NCBI GenBank assembly: GCA_049889775.1
Contig: JBMHCT010000021.1
Coordinates: forward strand, 39,024 to 103,023
Source of the DNA: Jejuia sp.
Lineage (GTDB): Bacteria > Bacteroidota > Bacteroidia > Flavobacteriales > Flavobacteriaceae
DNA: 64,000 bases
Direction: 5' to 3'
A program made the translations under genes and the position numbers. This document shows positions 36,929 through 45,035 of the stretch, piece after piece. The notes under the pieces are model-generated. The model was not told the origin of the DNA, made no database searches, and worked only from the letters and a program-made list of their open reading frames with translations. The first letter of the stretch is position 1. Every line of letters starts with the position of its first letter.

Positions 36929-37480
36929 TTAGTTTCTAGGTTGTTGTGGTCTTCTTCTTTTATTTCTTTCAAAAAATGCCTTTAGCTCCTCAAGACTAAG
37001 TTTTTCATCTTCATTTTTATCAATAACCTTAAATTGTTTTAATAATCGGTTATATTTTTTCAGACTCAATTCCTCTTCAGTTAATACACCATCTTTATCC
37101 TTATCAGCTTTTTTAATTAACTTTTCTAGATCAACATTTTGCGATCTTCTATTCTCAAAGAATAGCTCTAGCTCTTCTAAACCAATAAAGCCATCTTCAT
37201 TTAAATCTATAATATCAAAATCCTCGGCTAACCTCCCCCGTTCTGCCTGTTCAGCTTCTTTTTCACTTATTTTACCATCATCATCTGTATCCAGTCGCTC
37301 TATTATTTGTTCTGCACTTGGGCGTTCTCGTTGCGCATTCCCATTTTGCCCACCAGGGCGTCCCTGTCCGTTTCTTCCTCCCTGTCCACCTGGAGGTTCA
37401 CCCATACCTTGCGCAAAGGTCCCTAAACACAATAACAACGAAAATATGCTGATACTTACTTTTAAATTCTTATGTCTCAT
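36929..37480 (-). CDS. Secreted four-EF-hand calcium-binding protein
   Basis: Signal peptide, G/Q-rich linker, loops DTDDDGKISEKE, DLNEDGFIGLEE, DKDKDGVLTEEE and DKNEDEKLSLEE. Confidence 0.85.
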   Translation of the reverse strand: MRHKNLKVSISIFSLLLCLGTFAQGMGEPPGGQGGRNGQGRPGGQNGNAQRERPSAEQIIERLDTDDDGKISEKEAEQAERGRLAEDFDIIDLNEDGFIGLEELELFFENRRSQNVDLEKLIKKADKDKDGVLTEEELSLKKYNRLLKQFKVIDKNEDEKLSLEELKAFFERNKRRRPQQPRN

Positions 37481-37509
37481 CTTTTAATGTTTTTTTGGAT
37501 TATACCTTT

Positions 37510-37540
37510 TGGATGCTGACTTGAAAAAAAACTTGTGCGC
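37510..37540 (-). promoter_or_regulatory. Putative ECF-2 promoter (copy upstream of the EF-hand gene)
   Basis: Minus strand GCGCACAAGTTTTTTTTCAAGTCAGCATCCA; ACAAG-N15-GCATC. Confidence 0.7.
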
Positions 37541-37567
37541 TCTTGTGTTAAAAAAATCCCAAATAAA

Positions 37568-37592
37568 AAACGCCCTAAATTAGAGCGTTCTT
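37568..37592 (-). terminator. Terminator after the Spy-like gene
   Basis: AACGC(C/T)CTAA-TTAGAGCGTT hairpin with a T-run on the minus strand. Confidence 0.6.
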
Positions 37593-37606
37593 TAAATTAG
37601 TAGTTT

Positions 37607-38170
37607 TTAGTGATGTGGAGGTGGTAAACCATCTCCAGACATATCATTAGGTCTTGGTCTGGGTGGTCTTTCTCCATGTTTTGGCACTTCGTGCGGCATC
37701 CTTTGAGGCCTTCCTTCTATCCTTATTGCGTAATTAATTATTTTACTGAACTTTTCCTTCTGTTTCTCATCGCATAATTTTTGTACCTCTTTAAAATGGT
37801 GAAAAGTTAAAATATCTTTTTGCTTTTCTTTTTCACCAATTAAATTAGCTAAAGAATCAATAGTATTAGCACTAAAATAATTATCTGACAAACCATTATA
37901 CAAAGCATCTTTCAACTCACGTATACCATCCAAAACCTCTCTCATTGCAGGTCGATTAGCTTTAGTCAACGCCCTGTATTTTTCTTTTTGTAACTCATTA
38001 AAATCTAACTCCTTAACCAAAAAATGCTCCGACCGTTTATGCTTTTTACTATTTTGATTTTCGCTATTATAAATAGGCTTTTCTCTATTTCCTAAATAAT
38101 TATATAAGAAGAAACAATTCACTATAATTAAGAAAATAAGTAATACATATAAGATTAAATTTTTATTCAC
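37607..38170 (-). CDS. Spy/CpxP-like (periplasmic heavy-metal-sensor type) protein
   Basis: N-terminal TM/signal, FLVKELDFNELQKEKY, HFKEVQKLCDEKQKEKF, Pro/His-rich tail. Confidence 0.7.
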   Translation of the reverse strand: MNKNLILYVLLIFLIIVNCFFLYNYLGNREKPIYNSENQNSKKHKRSEHFLVKELDFNELQKEKYRALTKANRPAMREVLDGIRELKDALYNGLSDNYFSANTIDSLANLIGEKEKQKDILTFHHFKEVQKLCDEKQKEKFSKIINYAIRIEGRPQRMPHEVPKHGERPPRPRPNDMSGDGLPPPHH

Positions 38171-38176
38171 GATGAT

Positions 38177-38497
38177 CTAATTTAAAATTGATTTATACTC
38201 ATAACTGCTGGACAAACCATATGATTCAGCAAACTCAGTAACGTCTTCATCATAGGTAGATGTTGCCTCTAACTTGGTAAAAGCTATCACGTTTAAAATG
38301 ATTACACAAGCCAAAATAGCCAATTGCAATTTCGGCGTAAACCAAGACCACACCGTTTGCATTTTCTCCTCTTTTTCGGCAAACAAAATATTCATTGTTT
38401 TATCCTTAAAAAACGGAGACACAGTAACAGTTTCCATATTGTCCAAGACGTTTAGGGTCTCGTCAATTTCTTTTTGTAGGTTGCTATTTATATCCAT
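38177..38497 (-). CDS. Putative anti-sigma factor
   Basis: VSPFFKDKTM motif, single TM helix, directly downstream of ECF-2. Confidence 0.6.
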   Translation of the reverse strand: MDINSNLQKEIDETLNVLDNMETVTVSPFFKDKTMNILFAEKEEKMQTVWSWFTPKLQLAILACVIILNVIAFTKLEATSTYDEDVTEFAESYGLSSSYEYKSILN

Positions 38498-38507
38498 ATC
38501 AAATATT

Positions 38508-38536
38508 TAGATGCACAAAACTTCAAAAACTTGCGC
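38508..38536 (-). promoter_or_regulatory. Putative ECF-2 promoter (copy between the sigma and anti-sigma genes)
   Basis: Minus strand GCGCAAGTTTTTGAAGTTTTGTGCATCTA, starting at the ECF-2 stop codon. Confidence 0.75.
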
Positions 38537-39114
38537 TACTTATCATTTTTATAAAAATTTTCTAAAAGCTTCTGTAAATTCTTTTTTGCTCGAAACATTA
38601 GAGATTCTACCGAAGACACGCTTTTATCGATAATATCACTAATTTCCTGATAACTTTTCCCGTCTACTTTATGTAATGTAAACACCACTTTTTGTGCCTC
38701 GGGCAATTGATTAATTGCGTAAAACAGCGCCTCGCTCTTCTCTTTATTCTCCAAAATAATCCCGGGATGGTTCATCTCGGTAAAATAGTCGGTTTTATCC
38801 ACTGGAACCTCATTCCCCAAAATCGATTGCATAAAACCAAACCGTTTTTTTGTATTGCGTTTCCTAATAAATTCCAAACATTTATTGGTAGTAATTCGGT
38901 AAATCCAAGTAGATAATTTCGAGTTCCCCTTAAACTTCCCAATACTATTAAACACTTCTACAAATACCTCTTGCGCAATATCCTCGGCATCCTCTTTGTT
39001 GGGAACGAAGGATATGCAAGTAGCAAAAACTTTCTGCTGAAAATCATCCAACAACTTCCCATACGCACTCGCGTTATGGTTTTTAAGTCCCGCTATAAAT
39101 TCGTTTTCTGTCAA
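38536..39114 (-). CDS. ECF RNA polymerase sigma factor (ECF-2)
   Basis: DAEDIAQEVFVEVF, LSTWIYRITTN, LPEAQKVVFTL..SYQEIS; TTG start. Confidence 0.93.
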   Translation of the reverse strand: MTENEFIAGLKNHNASAYGKLLDDFQQKVFATCISFVPNKEDAEDIAQEVFVEVFNSIGKFKGNSKLSTWIYRITTNKCLEFIRKRNTKKRFGFMQSILGNEVPVDKTDYFTEMNHPGIILENKEKSEALFYAINQLPEAQKVVFTLHKVDGKSYQEISDIIDKSVSSVESLMFRAKKNLQKLLENFYKNDK

Positions 39115-39131
39115 ATATTAAAATTAAACTC

Positions 39132-39156
39132 AGATTCCCGCCTCCGCGAGAATGAC
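39132..39156 (-). repeat. REP-like hairpin AGATTCCCGCCTCCGCGAGAATGAC in the ECF-2 leader
   Basis: Same AGAT...TGAC frame as family B but a different GC-rich stem. Confidence 0.6.
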
Positions 39157-39206
39157 AATTTCAATCGAAACATCAAAGCTACGCTTTGATGAAAGCTTTT
39201 TCAGTT

Positions 39207-39235
39207 TAGATGCTTTAAAAATTTGAAACTTGCGC
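39207..39235 (-). promoter_or_regulatory. Putative ECF-2 autoregulatory promoter
   Basis: Minus strand GCGCAAGTTTCAAATTTTTAAAGCATCTA; GCAAG-N15-GCATC. Confidence 0.75.
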
Positions 39236-39254
39236 TGTTTTGAAATATTTTTTT

Positions 39255-39388
39255 GGACGTTACCCTCTCGGGTCGGGCTTTACTCATTGGTTCATATTTC
39301 AAATTAATGAAATCGTGAATGTAAACATTTCACTACTCAATCCCTCCTATCGTCGGGGATTTCAAACATACCGTTCAATCCCTAACGC
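39255..39388 (+). repeat. MITE-like element family A, copy 2 (with ~47-bp internal insert)
   Basis: GGACGTTACCC..GGGTCGGGCTTT and the same internal TTTCACTACTCAATCCCTCC..CAATCCCTAACGC as copy 1. Confidence 0.85.
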
Positions 39389-39538
39389 ACTTCTCCACTA
39401 GCTTCCGTGGCCAACCAAAAATAAAACCACATTAGCAAACAAAAAGCAATGTAATCAATAAAACTCAACATTTTAAACAATTAAACAAATCCACAATTCC
39501 ACATTTTAAACGTACCTTTGCCCCCTCAATAAAACAAA

Positions 39539-40756
39539 ATGCGATTACACAAAAACCTCTGCTTCGCCGTAATAGACGGATTGACACAAATCTTCAACGA
39601 AGCTCAATATGCCGATAAAGTAATTCAACAATTACTAAAACGTGATAAACGTTGGGGTGCACGCGACAGAGGTTTCGTAGCAGAAACCACATACGACATC
39701 GTTCGCTGGAAGCGCTTATACGGTGAAATAGCAGAAGTAAAAGCACCTTTTGATCGTGATAATCTCTGGCGCATGTTTGCCGTTTGGGCAACTTTAAAAG
39801 GTATTAAATTACCAGACTGGAAATACTTTGAAGGTACACCAACCCGAAAAATAAAAGGTCGTTTTGACGAGCTCTCAAAAATTAGAAAATTTAGAGAATC
39901 TATTCCAGACTGGATTGATAATGTTGGTTTAGAGGAGTTAGGCGAAACCAAATGGACCCAAGAAATCGCCATGCAAAACGAGCAGGCAGATGTGATTTTG
40001 AGAGTTAACTCCCTAAAAACCACAAAGGATGAACTACAAAATATCCTTGCTGATCAAAACAACATCCAAACCGAATTTATCAAAGGCTATCCATCGGCAT
40101 TAAAACTTATCGAACGCGCCAATGTATTCGTTACCGATGCTTTTAAAAACGGACTTTTTGAAGTTCAGGACGCTTCCTCTCAACTAGTAGCAGAATTTTT
40201 AGACGTAGCTTCTGGAATGAAAGTGGTCGATGCTTGTGCTGGTGCTGGTGGTAAAACATTGCACATAGCTTCTTTAATGCAAAACAAAGGGCAAATTGTG
40301 GCGATGGACATCTATGAAAGCAAGCTCAAAAAACTAAAAGTAAGAGCACGCCGAAATGGGGTTCATAATGTAGATTTGAAAGTGATTGATTCTACAAAAC
40401 CCATAAAAAAGCTTCATAATAAAGCAGACCGTGTTTTGATTGATGCGCCTTGTTCAGGTTTAGGAGTATTGCGACGAAACCCAGATGCCAAATGGAAATT
40501 AGAACCAGCGTTTTTAGATAGAATTAAAGGCGTACAACAAGACGTATTACAACAATATTCTAAAATGGTAAAACCCGGTGGTAAATTGGTTTATGCTACG
40601 TGCTCCGTACTACCATCTGAAAATCAAAATCAAATAGAAACCTTTTTAAAATCAGAAGCTGGCACCAATTTTGAGTTTGTTCAAGACAAAAAAATATTAG
40701 CACATGAATATGGTTTTGATGGATTTTACATGGCTCTATTGGAAAGAAAAGGCTAG
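39539..40756 (+). CDS. RsmB/NOP-family RNA m5C methyltransferase
   Basis: FEVQDASSQ, DACAGAGGKT, DAPCSGLG, YATCS; TACCTTTG at 39513-39520. Confidence 0.93.
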   Translation: MRLHKNLCFAVIDGLTQIFNEAQYADKVIQQLLKRDKRWGARDRGFVAETTYDIVRWKRLYGEIAEVKAPFDRDNLWRMFAVWATLKGIKLPDWKYFEGTPTRKIKGRFDELSKIRKFRESIPDWIDNVGLEELGETKWTQEIAMQNEQADVILRVNSLKTTKDELQNILADQNNIQTEFIKGYPSALKLIERANVFVTDAFKNGLFEVQDASSQLVAEFLDVASGMKVVDACAGAGGKTLHIASLMQNKGQIVAMDIYESKLKKLKVRARRNGVHNVDLKVIDSTKPIKKLHNKADRVLIDAPCSGLGVLRRNPDAKWKLEPAFLDRIKGVQQDVLQQYSKMVKPGGKLVYATCSVLPSENQNQIETFLKSEAGTNFEFVQDKKILAHEYGFDGFYMALLERKG

Positions 40757-40762
40757 TTTCCT

Positions 40763-40834
40763 GTCTTCTGAACTGGTTTCAGAATCTTTTAATCTTCATC
40801 AATAGATAAGAACCTGAAACAAGTTCAGGTTGAC
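40763..40834. repeat. REPIN-like doublet of family B hairpins
   Basis: GTCTTCTGAACTGGTTTCAGAATCT (40763-40787) and the inverted AGAACCTGAAACAAGTTCAGGTTGAC (40809-40834). Confidence 0.85.
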
Positions 40835-40868
40835 AAAGCATGACAAAAAATATCGGTATTTTTAAATC

Positions 40869-41732
40869 ATGAACGCCGGTTTTAAAACATACCTTTCAGA
40901 TTTACTAAATGAATCCATTTTAGGTATTAATTCTATTTCTGGCGGTGACATCTCCAAAGCCTATAAAATCTCAACAACAAACTCTGATTACTTTCTAAAA
41001 ATTAACAATGCTCAAAATGCGCTAACAATGTTTCAAACAGAAGCCTATGGTTTACAAACTATTGGCAAAACATGCACCATAAAAACACCCGAAGTCATTG
41101 CTTATGATATGTTTGAAGATTCTGCATTTTTGTTATTGGAATTTATAGAATCGAAATCACCAACATCCGAAGGTTTTAGACTACTTGCAACGCAATTAGC
41201 GCAATTACATCAATGTACTTCTGAAAGTTTTGGTTTGGATAAAGACAACTTTATCGGACGTTTACCACAACCCAACAAACAACACAAAACTTGGACGGAT
41301 TTTTACACTTGCGAACGCTTGCAACTACAGCTGGAAATGGCAAAACAAAAAGGCTTTCTACAAGAATTTGAATTTCCAAGTACAGAACTCATAAAAAATC
41401 GATTACAACCATTGTTTAAAAACATAAAACCATCTTTATTGCATGGTGATTTATGGAGTGGTAATTACTTAATTTCAAAAGATGGTGAACCATATTTAAT
41501 TGATCCCGCAGTGTATTACGGCCATAGTGAAGTTGATATTGCTATAAGCAAACTTTTTGGCGGTTTTGGCGAAACGTTTTATGAGGCTTATTGGTCAATA
41601 TTACCTCCTGATGAGCATACTTCGGCAAGAATTGATATTTACCAACTGTATTATTTACTAGTGCACTTAAATATGTTTGGGCGGTCTTATTATGGGTCGG
41701 TAAGCTCAATTTTAAAAAGGTACTTCGCTTGA
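40869..41732 (+). CDS. Fructosamine kinase family protein
   Basis: ISGGDIS, YFLKIN, PSLLHGDLWSGN, IDPAVYYGHSEVDIA. Confidence 0.92.
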   Translation: MNAGFKTYLSDLLNESILGINSISGGDISKAYKISTTNSDYFLKINNAQNALTMFQTEAYGLQTIGKTCTIKTPEVIAYDMFEDSAFLLLEFIESKSPTSEGFRLLATQLAQLHQCTSESFGLDKDNFIGRLPQPNKQHKTWTDFYTCERLQLQLEMAKQKGFLQEFEFPSTELIKNRLQPLFKNIKPSLLHGDLWSGNYLISKDGEPYLIDPAVYYGHSEVDIAISKLFGGFGETFYEAYWSILPPDEHTSARIDIYQLYYLLVHLNMFGRSYYGSVSSILKRYFA

Positions 41733-41809
41733 CTTTGTAAAATTTTTCTTCTACCTTCGTTTACCGGCGGATATAAGCCATTATACAACGGCGCATATCC
41801 GAAATCACG
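41729..41809 (+). mobile_element. Cassette platform, left arm A1: promoter (TTG-N20-TACCTTCG) plus left part of an attC-like hairpin
   Basis: 79/81 bp identical to 51314-51394; similarity ends sharply after GAAATCACG. Confidence 0.75.
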
Positions 41810-42830
41810 TTAGGTGCAATTTCAACCAACCCAAATGAACATCGTTAGAACATTTATTCACACAAATAGAGACATTCACGGAAAAGATTGTATTTCTGAA
41901 TTTTTACTACCAAATATTGCCGAGAATAAACCAAACTTTATTGGAATGACTTCAGGTAAATCTTATGATTTAGGCTTGATTGTTGGAACGAGCAGAAAAT
42001 GGGATGAGAACATTCTTTTTAACGAATTTAAGAAAGTTAAAAGTGTTGGACTTTTTGGGAGAAAACGAAAAAAGCAGATTCTAAAAACCTACATCTCACA
42101 AATACCAAAATTAAGAGAAGAATATCCTGACTCAATTGTTGAACTTGACAACGAATTAAGTTTGGTAAGAGTGGAATCCCGAACCGAATTTCTAAACCGA
42201 ACCAAACCGAAACCAAAATCTATTTCTAAAAAAGTTAAGGATAATTACTTGAATTTAGCTCAAGCTTGTCTGAATGAAGAACAGTTATCTGAATTCCAAT
42301 CTTTTATAAAAAATCTAAAGGACTATAATGGACATTGGAAATATGGAACAACTCTGAATTTCGTAAATGAGTTTTTAAACCAAAAGAAGATTTTTCTCTT
42401 TCTGGTTTTGGACTGGAAAGCTGGAATAGCAGATTTAAACTGGATTTTGAATTTAGCATTTGAAAAAAACTTTAATCAAAAAATTGAACTTCCAAGTACT
42501 GATAATTATCCAGAAAGAGCATCTGTTTCTTATGACAACGTGTTTTACGATTATAAAAAAGTATTAAATAAGTCGGATTTTGATATAACAATTATAGATA
42601 CAGATAGTGACCAATATGTACTTTTATTACACAAATTGTCTGAAAAAGATAATGTTTCGGAATCAATAGCTGGAATTGAATTTAAGGAAATGAAAATAAA
42701 CTGCACCTAACAATGTATAACCGCAATTACGGCGGATTCGACTACGTCCGAATCCACTCGGAATTGCTAAATACAGTGCTTAACCGTAAACCCTAACTTT
42801 AAACCCGTAACGGACGGTTATACGAGACCG
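41809..42830 (+). mobile_element. Integron-like gene cassette (single ORF plus attC-like site)
   Basis: Starts G|TTAGGTGCA (GTTRRRY). The ORF stop lies in the perfectly complementary inverse core TGCACCTAAC (42702-42711). Inner arms GTATAACCG (42715-42723) and CGGTTATAC (42815-42823). Confidence 0.75.
41835..42710 (+). CDS. Hypothetical cassette protein (C-terminal region resembles DUF6630, LDWK...DTDSDQY)
   Basis: Open frame; likely start ATG 41835 (the track start at 41814 lies inside the core site). Domain call is from memory of the motif only. Confidence 0.6.
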   Translation: MNIVRTFIHTNRDIHGKDCISEFLLPNIAENKPNFIGMTSGKSYDLGLIVGTSRKWDENILFNEFKKVKSVGLFGRKRKKQILKTYISQIPKLREEYPDSIVELDNELSLVRVESRTEFLNRTKPKPKSISKKVKDNYLNLAQACLNEEQLSEFQSFIKNLKDYNGHWKYGTTLNFVNEFLNQKKIFLFLVLDWKAGIADLNWILNLAFEKNFNQKIELPSTDNYPERASVSYDNVFYDYKKVLNKSDFDITIIDTDSDQYVLLLHKLSEKDNVSESIAGIEFKEMKINCT

Positions 42831-42949
42831 GTTAAACGAACCTAAAAAAAGACCCAATAAGTAGATTGAGGGCCATAGCTGGCAAACACGCCCGCGTTAG
42901 GGATTGCAGAGGAAAGCCCACAGCGCAGCTAAAGCGGAGCGAGGACTTG
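42831..42949 (+). mobile_element. Cassette platform, right arm B1
   Basis: About 88% identical by manual alignment to 51628-51747, beginning GT(T/G)AAACGAACCT. Confidence 0.75.
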
Positions 42950-42982
42950 GAAAGGAAAGCCCGACCCTTTAGGGTAACGCCC
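42891..42982 (-). repeat. MITE-like element family A, copy 3
   Basis: GCGTTAGGGATTG...AAAGCCCGACCC..GGGTAACGCCC, the reverse complement of the family termini. Confidence 0.85.
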
Positions 42983-43020
42983 AAAGTAGATAATTTGAAC
43001 TCTGTAATTTTACAGCTTGC

Positions 43021-45030
43021 CTAATCTAAATACGAAAACGCATCAATTGTTACGGGCCCTACAGGATTACCTTTATAATGTTTACCGGTAGCTTTAAGCT
43101 CTAATTTATGAAGCCCTAAAGGCAAAACTTCGGTTTGATAAATTACAGAATCGTGCAAGGGGTTCTTAAAATAGCAATCTATATTTTCAACATAAACATC
43201 ATCAATATAAACCTCGAAACCACCCATGTTTTTACTGATTAAACCATAGCAGCGGGCTTGTGTTCCGTTAAAGAAAAATGTTGCTGATGCGCCTTTTTGA
43301 GAGGTAACTTGTTCGCTACCTAAATAAATATCTTGCCCTTCTTTGTTTGCATTCCAATTACCCTTATAAACAATAGTGTAATGGTTATCGTCTACTTTAT
43401 TCCAAAAACTCGTGTTGGTATCAGAAATACGAACTTCATAAACGCCTTCAACATCTTTAATTGGAATATTAATCTTAGAAATTTCATAAGGCTTTAAGGC
43501 TGGTATTTTGAGTTGTTTTATAACCTGCCACTCCTCGTTGGCATAAGTATAGACTTTTAAAACGACTGGATTAGAAGGCTTTAGTCCAAAATTTTCTACC
43601 TGAGTTTTCAAAATACCTTCTTCAATTTTTATAGGCAGTGTAACCAATGCAGCAGGGTCTTCTTTATACTGCGGAAGTAAGGCATAGCCATACAGCATAT
43701 TACCTGAGTTTGTTTCTCCTAAAAGTTTTAAATCATAATTTGAAGTGTTCAATTTTGTTCCATGCCAATTGAAAGTCAATATCAAATCTCCATTAAGTTC
43801 TTCGGAAGTAGAAACCACCGCACCTCCTCCGTAATTGACCACCTCGGAGCCTCCTAATCGCAAAGATTCAATATTAACATCTTTAGTAGGATTGAATCCT
43901 TTTTCAGCTTTAATCCTAATGTTTACATTTTTTGTGTTTTCTGTGATATTATCAGTATTTATCACTTCAATTAAACGTTCGGTAACCAATGGCAAAATCA
44001 CATGTTTTGAACTGTGATTGTCATTACCCAAATCTTCTTTTTTCTCAACATCAATTACTGCTAAGGATAAATGGGTAGCCCTTCCATATTCATCTTGTTG
44101 CACTTTGGGGCGTTCAAATTTGGTCCAAGTATTTGTAGTGCCATCAGTGTACCTAAAAACCGTTTTATCATAAGGTTCCCCAGGTTCAATTTTCCAGTTA
44201 ATGCCATCTAGTGAGCGCATATAGACTGATTTTTTATCTACCGCATGATTAAACACCACATGGTACTGGTGACGACTTTTCCAAATAACTGGGTCTTCGG
44301 GATAACCGCTGTATCTATCATAATTTCTAACGGAAATGATTTCATAAGGCCCAAGTAAACCTGTTTTAGAAATCATGACATCACCACGTTTTGTAAAAAA
44401 CATAAAACTACCATCTGCTCTTTGAAGCCCTGTTAAATTTGTGTTTAAATGCGATAAACCTTTATGCCTTCGTTTATCAATCTTAATTTTACCTAAAAAT
44501 TGCCAAGGTCCGTCAAGAGTTTCAGAAGTATAAACTCCTCCTTTACTTACATGCAACATGTACGCACCATTGTTTAACTGAACGACTTCAGGGTTATGTG
44601 CTTCTTTAAGGGCTATACCTGTAACTTTATATGGACCAATTGGATTTTTAGAAACTGCGTGGGCCACTTCAGATTTTGGCCAACCCCAATGTCCTTTTTC
44701 CTCAGGCCATCGGGCAACATTAATATGGTATTTATCGTCCTTTCCTAACATAGGGTTTCCGCCCCAGTAACTCCAATCATTAGACTCTAAACCATTATTT
44801 ATATCTCGTGGTAAAACGTCATCTGTTCCCCAAATACCTTTTGAAGTTAGTTTTTTTATGATAGGCATTGGTTTGATGATATCCTTAAACTGTCCGCCAA
44901 ATACCAGTTTCTTATCATCTTTTTGAGCATATACTGAAAAATGCAGAACTAAAAGCAATGAAAGGCACGCTAAAATTCCATTACTCAATTTAGTGTTAAT
45001 TACTTCATTTTCTGTAATTTTTACTTTCAT
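43021..45030 (-). CDS. Secreted glycoside hydrolase, GH43-like five-bladed propeller with C-terminal beta-sandwich modules
   Basis: Signal peptide; WSYWGGNP..HAVSKNPIGPY, HNPEV, EDPVIW, ERPKV motifs. Family not firmly assignable. Confidence 0.6.
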   Translation of the reverse strand: MKVKITENEVINTKLSNGILACLSLLLVLHFSVYAQKDDKKLVFGGQFKDIIKPMPIIKKLTSKGIWGTDDVLPRDINNGLESNDWSYWGGNPMLGKDDKYHINVARWPEEKGHWGWPKSEVAHAVSKNPIGPYKVTGIALKEAHNPEVVQLNNGAYMLHVSKGGVYTSETLDGPWQFLGKIKIDKRRHKGLSHLNTNLTGLQRADGSFMFFTKRGDVMISKTGLLGPYEIISVRNYDRYSGYPEDPVIWKSRHQYHVVFNHAVDKKSVYMRSLDGINWKIEPGEPYDKTVFRYTDGTTNTWTKFERPKVQQDEYGRATHLSLAVIDVEKKEDLGNDNHSSKHVILPLVTERLIEVINTDNITENTKNVNIRIKAEKGFNPTKDVNIESLRLGGSEVVNYGGGAVVSTSEELNGDLILTFNWHGTKLNTSNYDLKLLGETNSGNMLYGYALLPQYKEDPAALVTLPIKIEEGILKTQVENFGLKPSNPVVLKVYTYANEEWQVIKQLKIPALKPYEISKINIPIKDVEGVYEVRISDTNTSFWNKVDDNHYTIVYKGNWNANKEGQDIYLGSEQVTSQKGASATFFFNGTQARCYGLISKNMGGFEVYIDDVYVENIDCYFKNPLHDSVIYQTEVLPLGLHKLELKATGKHYKGNPVGPVTIDAFSYLD

Positions 45031-45035
45031 ATGTG

